Source: a virus
Taxonomy: Duplodnaviria; Caudoviricetes
Reading direction: 5' to 3' (one strand)
Virus record (IMG/VR): IMGVR_UViG_3300048591_001185
Location: 1 to 58,221 of that record
DNA: 58,221 nucleotides
In this document: in pieces, positions 29,617 to 37,654 of the stretch
Layout of the letters: every line of letters starts with the position of its first letter
How positions within the stretch are numbered: position 1 is the stretch's first letter
Made by a program: the position numbers and the translations under genes
The notes under the pieces: generated by a model
Told to the model about the DNA's origin: nothing
What the model saw: the letters and a program-made list of their open reading frames with translations, nothing else
Database searches by the model: none

Positions 29617-29686
29617 TTGATATCTGTAACTGATGAAGCATAATAAGCAGAAAATGCCCACTTTGGTGGGCATTCTTACAGTTCAA
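29617..29686 (+). ncRNA. Type I hammerhead ribozyme
   Basis: Stem I CUGUAA/UUACAG (extension UUGA/UCAA), CUGAUGA, stem II aGC-auaauaa-GCa, GAAA, stem III AUGCCCAC-uuug-GUGGGCAU, UUC site (C29675). Confidence 0.85.
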
Positions 29687-29720
29687 ATAAATAATATCAA
29701 TAAACATAAGGAATACCAAA

Positions 29721-31085
29721 ATGAATTATGACACAAATAACCAAAAATTATTTTTAACAGCAAAAGTTTTATCATTGAAACTTGTTGAAGATAAACATTC
29801 ACCAACTGGCAAACATGATTTATTTGCTAAAGCAAAACTCAAAATAGGCAATGGTGAATTGTATTATGATGCTTTGATTAGTAAAGTATCAAAATCAATT
29901 TTTCTTTATAATAGTGTTCCTGAATTTCAAAATGAACAAGAATATATTGATTCAGAAAAGAAAAAAGTAATTGAAAATATTTTTAATTCAAAAAACACTT
30001 TTGTAATTGACCCTGAAACAGTTATGGAAGATATTGAAGAAAAATTTAATCATCAACTTGGTCAAATTAATGGAATGGTAAAATATTTGATGGTTGAATC
30101 AATTGAATTATTCACTCTTATTAAAAATAATGAAGAATTAGGAATAAAGACAGTTATTGATTTTACTGAATTAAAAGAATTATTTCTTGCTGCTTCAAAA
30201 GAAAATAGTGAGAAAAAAAGAGAATTAAAAATTGAAGCCAGAAAAAAATATTATGAAGCTGATGAGTTGGTTATTAATTTGGAAAAGATTAAAGCAGGAT
30301 TGGTCAAAGGAATAACAGCTGAATTGAATTATGATAATTCTGCTGAATATGCTTCTGCTAAAGGTACTGATGATATAATTATAACATTCCATTTTGAATA
30401 TGAAAAAGATGATACTACAATTGAATCAGATTCAATTGTAGCTAAAGTTGAACCTATTTATAACAGAAGTGCTTGGTCAAATAGACAGATAGGGACTGCT
30501 ATTAAATTAAGAGAAGGTTATGACCATGTGGCTAACTATAAAAAAATAGATAGCTTGGTCAAAAAAGTAAATGAAAAATATGAAATATTTATGGCAAAAG
30601 CTGAAATGGAAATAAGCAAAAAAAGTAAAGAAATAAGTGAAGAAAGATGGTTTGAAGAAAATTTTGATTACCCTGTAATTATCAAGAAAGAAACAAAATA
30701 TAATGTTTATGGTGGTTCAAGAAGTAGAAATAACAATAAATATGAAGTAAAATCATATTCACTTATACATAGTGTTGGAACAGAAACCACCACTGCATTT
30801 GGTAATGTATATGAATTAGGTTATGGAATCAAATTTCATTTTGATACTGAAAAATTAACTGATAAATCAAAATTTATTATATCTGAATTTACAGCTGAGT
30901 TTAGTGGAAAATTAGAAAGTGAAAAAGTATTTATTCAGTTTCTATATTCAACTGGTGAATACTATAAATCTGGAATGAATTTATCCAGTTTTAAATTTAC
31001 AAAAAATCAGTTTATGGATGCAATGAAAAAATTTATTGAATATTTCAACCCTTGTGCATTAGATGGTGTTTATTCATCTAAATAA
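29721..31085 (+). CDS. Hypothetical early protein (454 aa)
   Basis: Long ORF with AAACATAAGGAATACCAAAATG leader. Confidence 0.7.
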   Translation: MNYDTNNQKLFLTAKVLSLKLVEDKHSPTGKHDLFAKAKLKIGNGELYYDALISKVSKSIFLYNSVPEFQNEQEYIDSEKKKVIENIFNSKNTFVIDPETVMEDIEEKFNHQLGQINGMVKYLMVESIELFTLIKNNEELGIKTVIDFTELKELFLAASKENSEKKRELKIEARKKYYEADELVINLEKIKAGLVKGITAELNYDNSAEYASAKGTDDIIITFHFEYEKDDTTIESDSIVAKVEPIYNRSAWSNRQIGTAIKLREGYDHVANYKKIDSLVKKVNEKYEIFMAKAEMEISKKSKEISEERWFEENFDYPVIIKKETKYNVYGGSRSRNNNKYEVKSYSLIHSVGTETTTAFGNVYELGYGIKFHFDTEKLTDKSKFIISEFTAEFSGKLESEKVFIQFLYSTGEYYKSGMNLSSFKFTKNQFMDAMKKFIEYFNPCALDGVYSSK

Positions 31086-31115
31086 TTTTTATACAAAAAA
31101 ATAAGGAATACTAAA

Positions 31116-31343
31116 ATGATGACTTTTAAAATAACAGATTATTTTGACCCATATGGTGATGGTAAATCAGTGAAGAAAAAATATTCTTCAAAATATTTTC
31201 ACTCTGAAACATTGAGTGAAGAACAGGTCAAAAATAGAATCCATAACTATAATGATAGAATGGATTATTATGGTAAGGTTGATGTGAAATTTTCCAATTA
31301 TAAAATAATAGGAAAACTTTTTGATAGAAGTTATATAAAATAA
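31116..31343 (+). CDS. Hypothetical protein
   Basis: TAAGGAATACTAAAATG leader. Confidence 0.6.
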   Translation: MMTFKITDYFDPYGDGKSVKKKYSSKYFHSETLSEEQVKNRIHNYNDRMDYYGKVDVKFSNYKIIGKLFDRSYIK

Positions 31344-31371
31344 TTTTAAAAAAAACATAAGGAATACCAAA

Positions 31372-32427
31372 ATGAAAAAGTTAAATTTAAACCAAATTGA
31401 AGATGCATCTGTAATAGAAATAGTAGAAGATATTACACCAAAAGAACTGAACAAACAGTTAGTTGAATTAGGATTATGGAAGCCAGGCTGCCAATTTCTT
31501 TCTAAAGATGATAAACTGAAACTGATGACTTCTTCAAAGTCAACTCAAAATAGGATTTATGTAAAAGTAAAAAATACAATTGAAAGAATTAGAAAAAATG
31601 CTGGTGATAGGGAATATAAATATTCATTTTCTGAAAAGTCTGTCACCAATGGTGTTAATGTAGTGGGAGATGTTGACCAATTGAAAAATTTTATGACACC
31701 TGTTTATGAGGACAAGGTTTATTTTAGCAATGGAACTGATATGGTTGAAGCACCAAAGCACAAAGCAATAGTGACTAAAGATGGCAAGATTGTAAGTGTG
31801 ATGAACCAAGGATATAAACTTATAAGGAATGAAGATGTTGTTATGCCATTGTTGGAAAAATTGGACAAATTGGACAGTAAGTGGTACATTGATGGAAGTC
31901 ATTCATTTTTAACCAATACTAAGATGAGAATGCAGGTGACTTTCCCTGAATTAAGATTTAATGATGGTAAGTCTGATATAGCTATGAGTTTGTATTTGAC
32001 CAATAGTTATGATGGTAGTAGTTCAGTAAATGTTAAGTGGGGAGCAATTAGGTCAATATGTAGTAATGGAATGGTTTTTGGGAATATGTTTAATGATTTT
32101 TATCACAGACATTCTTCTTTCTTTGTAGCAGATAGCTTGCTTGAGCAGCTTGAAGACACTTTCAAACTGATTCCAGCTATTAATGAAAAAGTGAAATTGT
32201 TGGATGCTTCTAAATTTAGGGTAAGTGATTATGTGATGGAAGAAATTTCAGACACAATAGGTAAAAAAGCACTTGCTTATGTTGAGCAAGAAAATGGTGA
32301 AAATAAAGACCAAATAAAAACACAGTGGGATTTGCTTAATGTTCTTACATACTATGTTTCTCATTATGTAAATTATAAGACAAGAGCCCATTATCAGCAA
32401 AGAATAAGTAATATGTTTGAAATGTAA
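31372..32427 (+). CDS. DUF932/DUF945-family protein with an extra N-terminal domain
   Basis: YKLIRNEDV, LTNSYDGSSS..GAIRSICSNGMV, TQWDLLNVLT. Confidence 0.75.
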   Translation: MKKLNLNQIEDASVIEIVEDITPKELNKQLVELGLWKPGCQFLSKDDKLKLMTSSKSTQNRIYVKVKNTIERIRKNAGDREYKYSFSEKSVTNGVNVVGDVDQLKNFMTPVYEDKVYFSNGTDMVEAPKHKAIVTKDGKIVSVMNQGYKLIRNEDVVMPLLEKLDKLDSKWYIDGSHSFLTNTKMRMQVTFPELRFNDGKSDIAMSLYLTNSYDGSSSVNVKWGAIRSICSNGMVFGNMFNDFYHRHSSFFVADSLLEQLEDTFKLIPAINEKVKLLDASKFRVSDYVMEEISDTIGKKALAYVEQENGENKDQIKTQWDLLNVLTYYVSHYVNYKTRAHYQQRISNMFEM

Positions 32428-32431
32428 TTTT

Positions 32432-32454
32432 AAGGCACAGAGATGTGCCTTTTT
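32432..32454 (+). terminator. Rho-independent terminator
   Basis: AAGGCACA-gaga-TGTGCCTT followed by T. Confidence 0.75.
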
Positions 32455-32465
32455 ATTTCACTCAC

Positions 32466-32509
32466 AGATTATATCAAAAAAGTAATTCAAAGCCAAAATT
32501 CAGCACTTA
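32466..32509. promoter_or_regulatory. Bipartite intergenic element copy 2
   Basis: 37/44 identical to 34509-34552. Confidence 0.6.
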
Positions 32510-32550
32510 GCTGTGAAAATAAACTAAAAATAATAATAAGGAATAGTAAG

Positions 32551-32718
32551 ATGGATGCAATAAGAATATTGAATGGAGAAAGAAAATGGAGTTATTCAAT
32601 TATTGCCAGCAGGGCTGGTATATCAAAACCTAAATTGAAAAAATATATTAATGGTGAATTAGGTGGTGTTGAGAAATCACAAGTGACAAGAAAATTAAAT
32701 TCATTAATTAAAAATTGA
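32551..32718 (+). CDS. Small HTH (Cro/XRE-like) protein
   Basis: SYSIIASRAGISKPKLKKYING; TAAGGA SD before ATG 32551. Confidence 0.6.
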   Translation: MDAIRILNGERKWSYSIIASRAGISKPKLKKYINGELGGVEKSQVTRKLNSLIKN

Positions 32719-32782
32719 TATCTGTAACTGATGAAGCTAATAAGCAGAAAGTGCTCACCCAGTGAGCATTCTTACAGTTCAA
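32715..32782 (+). ncRNA. Type I hammerhead ribozyme (paralog of 29617-29686)
   Basis: CUGUAA/UUACAG, CUGAUGA, aGCU-aaua-AGCa, GAAA, GUGCUCAC-cca-GUGAGCAU, UUC site (C32771); stem III differences from the first copy preserve pairing. Confidence 0.85.
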
Positions 32783-32815
32783 AAATAACATTAACAAACA
32801 TAAGGAACAAAACAG

Positions 32816-32941
32816 ATGAAAAATCAATTCAAACTTGCTTCAGTATTTTATTTTAGGGTTTCTGAAGATAGAAGGAAAGTGAAAAATATTTTCCTGCACA
32901 TAGCATCACTTTTTAGAATAGTAAAAGGTGGTGTGATATGA
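32816..32941 (+). CDS. 41-aa small protein coupled to the sigma factor gene
   Basis: ACATAAGGAA SD; ATGA overlap with 32938; below the ORF-track cutoff. Confidence 0.5.
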   Translation: MKNQFKLASVFYFRVSEDRRKVKNIFLHIASLFRIVKGGVI

Positions 32942-33480
32942 TAGATTATGAAATGGTTGATGAAGCCAAAACTGACCCAGCAAAATTATTAAAGATTTAT
33001 AATCAGGTATTTTATGATGGTAAAAAACCAAAATTAAGGATGTGGCTAATTAAAAAAGGAATATCATATTATGAGTTAGATGATGTTGAGACTGAGATGA
33101 AGTTATCTTTTTTAGCAGGTGTTAAAAAGTATGAACATGATAAGATAGAATTTGAAAAATATATTTGGACAAGATTTTCTCATACACTTTTAAATTATTA
33201 TCAAAGCAAAAAATTAAAGAAAAATTCAATCATTCCATTTGGGGATATAAGTGAAGAAGTTGTATTCAATATAGGTTGTTTACCAGAGAAAAGATGTCAA
33301 GATGATTTTGAATATCTGTTTACTCTTATGACCAGATATGAAGCAACCATATGTAGATTGATATATTACAATGGTTGGGAAAAACAGACAATAATAAATC
33401 ATCTTGAAGTATCATCAAATTTCTATGATAAGTGTTTGGTGAATATAAGAAAAATAATCAGCAAGTACATGACTGATTGA
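32938..33480 (+). CDS. Phage RNA polymerase sigma factor (sigma70/ECF-like)
   Basis: Region 2-like DDVETEMKLSFLAGVKKY..FEKYIWTRFSHTLLNYY; region 4-like TRYEATICRLIYYNGW..HLEVS. Confidence 0.7.
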   Translation: MIDYEMVDEAKTDPAKLLKIYNQVFYDGKKPKLRMWLIKKGISYYELDDVETEMKLSFLAGVKKYEHDKIEFEKYIWTRFSHTLLNYYQSKKLKKNSIIPFGDISEEVVFNIGCLPEKRCQDDFEYLFTLMTRYEATICRLIYYNGWEKQTIINHLEVSSNFYDKCLVNIRKIISKYMTD

Positions 33481-33531
33481 TTGGATAGATAAATTACATA
33501 TATTGTATATTAAAAGCAAATGGAATAAGAT

Positions 33532-34401
33532 ATGGAAATAGGAATAAGAAAAGTTAACCAAAATTATGTTTTTATTTTTTTGGATGCAAAGAAAAAAGAA
33601 GTAAATGAATTTGCTTCAGAACTAAGAAATATTGATGGATTTTATTATAATGGTTTTTTTATTGATAAAAGAAATGAGTATGAGATAGGTTTTAAAATTG
33701 TAAATGAAGGTTATTTACATATAATGGATGAATTATCAAATAATAAAATAATAATAAACAAAAAAGAAATGGAGTGTATCATGGCAACAAAACAGGCACC
33801 ATACAAGTTATGGACATTGAAAGCATTAAAAAATGAACTCAAGCAAAGAGAAATTGATTTTACTGAACTTGAAGATTCAAATGACAAAGCAGCATTGGTT
33901 GCATTATTGCAAGCTGATGATAATGAACCAAATAAAGTAATACCAACTGATGATGAAATTGAAGATTTAGAATCTGAAGATGAATTGGATGATGAAGAAT
34001 CTGAAGATGAAGAACTTGAAGATGAATTGGATGATGAAGAATCTGATGATTTAGAATCTGATGATTTAGAATCTGATGATGAAGCAAAAGCACCAGCTAA
34101 AAAAGCACCAGCTAAAAAAGCACCACCAAAGAAAGATGAGCCTGCAAAACTTAAAAAGAAAGCAGCAAGTAAGAAGGATAAAGGAACTTCATCAATTGAA
34201 TTGAATACCATGCTTAGAGAAAAAAATCTATGGAGACCAGGCTGTCAGTTTTTAAGTAAGGTTGAGAAGCAGGAATTGTTGGATGTTAACAAAAATGAAA
34301 GACAAAAAATATATGACATGCTTGATAAGAAATTTACCAAACTAAAAAAGAAAATATCAGAAACGAATAAAGAAACAAATAAAGCTAAAAAAGAAGCATA
34401 A
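33532..34401 (+). CDS. Modular acidic/basic protein (SAP/HeH-like domain, D/E tract, PAKKA repeats); possible internal start at 33781
   Basis: WTLKALKNELKQREI..KAALVALL; EDELDDEES repeats; KAPAKKAPAKKAP; GGAG SD before ATG 33781. Confidence 0.6.
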   Translation: MEIGIRKVNQNYVFIFLDAKKKEVNEFASELRNIDGFYYNGFFIDKRNEYEIGFKIVNEGYLHIMDELSNNKIIINKKEMECIMATKQAPYKLWTLKALKNELKQREIDFTELEDSNDKAALVALLQADDNEPNKVIPTDDEIEDLESEDELDDEESEDEELEDELDDEESDDLESDDLESDDEAKAPAKKAPAKKAPPKKDEPAKLKKKAASKKDKGTSSIELNTMLREKNLWRPGCQFLSKVEKQELLDVNKNERQKIYDMLDKKFTKLKKKISETNKETNKAKKEA

Positions 34402-34410
34402 TATGATATT

Positions 34411-34441
34411 TGCCCTTGGTGAAAATCAAGGGCATTTTTTT
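34411..34441 (+). terminator. Rho-independent terminator
   Basis: TGCCCTTGGT-gaaa-ATCAAGGGCA followed by a T tract. Confidence 0.85.
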
Positions 34442-34508
34442 GTGCACTTTTTTCAAGTTAAATTAAGCCAATTTAAGCAATTTTAAGCCAGTTTATAATT
34501 TTAGGGAT

Positions 34509-34552
34509 AGATTATATCAAAAAAATAATTAAAAACAAATGTACAGCACTTA
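34509..34552. promoter_or_regulatory. Bipartite intergenic element copy 3
   Basis: AGATTATATCAAAAAA..CAGCACTTA; preceded by three 10-bp-phased TTAAGC repeats (34461-34490). Confidence 0.6.
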
Positions 34553-34588
34553 AAATTAAAAATTAACATAAGGAATAAAGGTATTTGA

Positions 34589-35581
34589 ATGAAAATAGCT
34601 ATTTTTGGTGGTGGTATATCAGGAATGACTGCTGCCCTTGTACTAAAAAATAAATTAAAAAATGCTGATGTATCCATTTATACCAAAGATTTGGGTGGCA
34701 ATTTTGGAGCTGGTGGATTAAAATATTTGAAGTATTCAGAGTATTCAGAATATTTTATGGATAAGTGTTTGCCTGAAATAAGCTATGGAATTGTTAATCC
34801 AATTGGGGCAATTTATCATGAAAATGAAATTTATAATTTTCCATTATATCTTTATAATATTTTTGGTGGAAGTGATATACAAAAAAAATATTGGGTAAAA
34901 ACAGGCAGGGATATTAATAAATTTGATAGTAGATGTATGAATGATGCTTTTAATTTTAGAACAGAGCTGAGTATAGATTTATTAGAGAAAAGTTTGAATT
35001 ATTTTATTGATTCAATGGTTAGTAAGATTCAAAAAACAACAAAAATAATTAATGTAAATTTTAATTTGGAATTATTTGATGATGTAGTAAATGAAAATGA
35101 TATTGTTATTTATACATTGCCACTTTCATTGTTGTCTGATAGAATAGGAAAAAAATTGAAGGCAGAGTTTATTGCATCAAATCTTAATATTCATAAATAT
35201 GGATTGGATGAATGTGTACTAAATAAAATTTGGTTTGATTATTTATATGTTCCTGATAATGATTATAAATTCCACAGAATATCAATTGATGAAAGCACCA
35301 TGTCATTGCATGCTGAAGTGAATAGTGATGATAATATTGATAAAGATGTTGAAAAGTTTTTGAATGAAAATTTTGGTTCAAGTTATATTGGTAAAATTGG
35401 CAATTCTAATATTAAAGGTCAAATAACAACTGATATTGATATTGAAGAAGTTGAGAAAGTTTTGCCTGATAATGTTGTGCTGTTGGGCAGGTTTGCTGAA
35501 TGGAACAAAAGAATTGTTTGGAGTGATGTGGTTGAAAAAATAGTTTTAAGTGATAAATTATCAAAATTGTATATTAAGTAA
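34589..35581 (+). CDS. FAD-dependent oxidoreductase, UDP-galactopyranose mutase/HemY-like
   Basis: N-terminal IAIFGGGISGMTAA, IVIYTLPL, C-terminal LLGRFAEW. Confidence 0.7.
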   Translation: MKIAIFGGGISGMTAALVLKNKLKNADVSIYTKDLGGNFGAGGLKYLKYSEYSEYFMDKCLPEISYGIVNPIGAIYHENEIYNFPLYLYNIFGGSDIQKKYWVKTGRDINKFDSRCMNDAFNFRTELSIDLLEKSLNYFIDSMVSKIQKTTKIINVNFNLELFDDVVNENDIVIYTLPLSLLSDRIGKKLKAEFIASNLNIHKYGLDECVLNKIWFDYLYVPDNDYKFHRISIDESTMSLHAEVNSDDNIDKDVEKFLNENFGSSYIGKIGNSNIKGQITTDIDIEEVEKVLPDNVVLLGRFAEWNKRIVWSDVVEKIVLSDKLSKLYIK

Positions 35582-35596
35582 AAATTGGTATTTATT

Positions 35597-35956
35597 ATGA
35601 AGAAAAATTATACATTGTGTTTTTATGAATATCCTGGTGCATTAATGGAAATTAAGCAGTGGGAAAATTTGAAATTTGATTCTATAATTCACAAAGAAAT
35701 TTGGGATGATAAAACAAGACTTTATGAAATAAAATTAGACAAAGATAAGTGTGATGGATTTGAAGTGGAAATTTTATTTTGTATAGCAATGGATAATATT
35801 GGTTTTGTTAGTAATGCATTTTCATCAGTGATGAATACTGTTTTCAATCTTAAATTAGTATATTACAAAACAATAATATTTGGCAAGGTTGATATTAAAT
35901 GGATAAATAAAATACAAAAAATAGTTACAGGGTTGGAAAAAGAAAATGGAAAATAA
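35597..35956 (+). CDS. Hypothetical protein
   Basis: ORF within the operon, preceded by TTGTATATTA. Confidence 0.5.
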   Translation: MKKNYTLCFYEYPGALMEIKQWENLKFDSIIHKEIWDDKTRLYEIKLDKDKCDGFEVEILFCIAMDNIGFVSNAFSSVMNTVFNLKLVYYKTIIFGKVDIKWINKIQKIVTGLEKENGK

Positions 35957-36902
35957 AGATTTGCTTGAAAGGATATTTGAAATTCAAAGTGGTCATAATA
36001 ACATGTGGCAAGACAAAGTAAAGTTCAATACTGATAATAATTACAGATTAATGGTGATGAAAGATTTTGTACTTGGTATAAGTAAGCAGAATGTATCCTT
36101 GCTTGAATCTTTCAATTGGTCAGACCACATACTTGAAAGAATTGAAGATTCACACAATAGTAAAGTTCAGCTAATTGATATAACCAAATATGTGATTGGA
36201 CTTTTCATTTTGTTAGGTGGAAAAGAAAAGGATTTTTTTGAAATGTTTGAAAATAAGTCTAAAGAACTTGACAACAGGTGGAGCCAATTATTTTCAAATA
36301 TGACTGAGAATACATCAGTTGTTATATTTGATATTGATGGGGTTATTGCTGATTATAGTACTCATTATCAAAATTTTTTAGAAGATGTTTGTGGGTTGAA
36401 AAAAGTCAATGTTAAAAGAAAGTCATATTCATTCTATGAAACATATGGTATAACAAGACAAGAAGAAGAACAATTCAACAATAATTTTGTGCAAGTTGGT
36501 GGTTTCAAGGACATTCCTGTTTTTGATGGGGTGGTTGATACAATAAAAAAATTGAAATCATTTGGCTATAAAATCATATTAGTCACAGCCAGACCAAATT
36601 GGATATTCAAAAGAATAGCAGCAGATACCCAACATTGGCTTAAGAAAAATGATGTACCATATGATTTGTTGTTTTGGAATAAAGACAAGTCAGATGTTAT
36701 TATCAATAATATTTTCCCAGCAAATATTAAATGTATGGTTGAAGATAGAGATAAACATGCCCTTGAAGTATCTCATATTGGGGTTGATGTATTGTTGCTT
36801 GACAAAAGTTATAACAAAGGGATAAGTGACACTGACAGAATAAAAAGAATATATGGATATTCAGAAATTTTAGATTTTATAAAAAATAAGGAAAAAAAAT
36901 AA
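35946..36902 (+). CDS. Fusion of an all-alpha dUTPase/NTP-PPase-like domain and a HAD 5'-nucleotidase-like domain
   Basis: HAD motifs FDIDGVIAD, LVTARP, K, VEDR; helical N-terminus with LLESFNWSDH..LIDI. Confidence 0.7.
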   Translation: MENKDLLERIFEIQSGHNNMWQDKVKFNTDNNYRLMVMKDFVLGISKQNVSLLESFNWSDHILERIEDSHNSKVQLIDITKYVIGLFILLGGKEKDFFEMFENKSKELDNRWSQLFSNMTENTSVVIFDIDGVIADYSTHYQNFLEDVCGLKKVNVKRKSYSFYETYGITRQEEEQFNNNFVQVGGFKDIPVFDGVVDTIKKLKSFGYKIILVTARPNWIFKRIAADTQHWLKKNDVPYDLLFWNKDKSDVIINNIFPANIKCMVEDRDKHALEVSHIGVDVLLLDKSYNKGISDTDRIKRIYGYSEILDFIKNKEKK

Positions 36903-37652
36903 ATGAATAAAGTTGTTATAATAACTGGTGCTTCAAATGGTATTGGATTATCATTAGCAGAAACACTTGCTGAAAATGGTTATATAGTATTCAACCTTGA
37001 CATTGTATATCCAAATAAAATAGGTGGTGGTATATTCATTAAATGTGACATTAGGGATTATAAACAGATTGAATCAGCAAAAAGGGAAATGGAAAAAATT
37101 GCTTGTGATATTAATCCTGATTATAAATTAATTTCACTTGTTAACAATGCTGGTGTTAATTATTTAGATTGGTTTGATAAAATATCTCAACTTGATTTTA
37201 ATAGAGTAATAGACACAAATGTCAAGGGAACATTTTTTACAACTCAAGTTTTTTTACCAATGCTTGCTAAACATAAATCATCAGTTATTAATGTTGTTAG
37301 CAATGCTGCTGATAAGCCAATGACTTGTTCAAGTGTTTATAATGCAAGTAAGGGTGCTGTTAAAATATTGACAAGAGAAATGGCCAGAGAATTAACACCA
37401 AAGTTTGGTATAACAGTATTTGGCATTTCTCCAAATAAAATATTGGATACAATGATGAGTGAGTATGTGGATGAAGTTGTACCTGATATTAGGGGATGGA
37501 CTAAAGAACATGCTCAAGAATATGAAATAAATGGCATACCTTGTAGAGAAAATACACCACTGAAAGTTTTTACAGACCATTTAGCATATTTAGTAATGCT
37601 TGAAGATGATAATAAATATATGTCTGGGAATATAATTGAATATGGAGTTTAG
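36903..37652 (+). CDS. Short-chain dehydrogenase/reductase
   Basis: TGASNGIG, NNAG, YNASK. Confidence 0.9.
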   Translation: MNKVVIITGASNGIGLSLAETLAENGYIVFNLDIVYPNKIGGGIFIKCDIRDYKQIESAKREMEKIACDINPDYKLISLVNNAGVNYLDWFDKISQLDFNRVIDTNVKGTFFTTQVFLPMLAKHKSSVINVVSNAADKPMTCSSVYNASKGAVKILTREMARELTPKFGITVFGISPNKILDTMMSEYVDEVVPDIRGWTKEHAQEYEINGIPCRENTPLKVFTDHLAYLVMLEDDNKYMSGNIIEYGV

Positions 37653-37654
37653 AA

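Noticed and set aside
32443-32550. ORF-track start at 32443 for the HTH gene
   Set aside because: It lies inside a terminator hairpin with no SD; ATG 32551 has a TAAGGA SD.
28629-32816. CRISPR-like interpretation of the early-region repeats
   Set aside because: Spacing is irregular and gene-sized, the repeats are SD/ATG contexts or ribozymes, and there are no cas genes.
33900-34090. Other CTGATGA matches inside coding regions as additional hammerheads
   Set aside because: They arise from Asp/Glu codon runs and lack flanking stems and a correctly placed GAAA.
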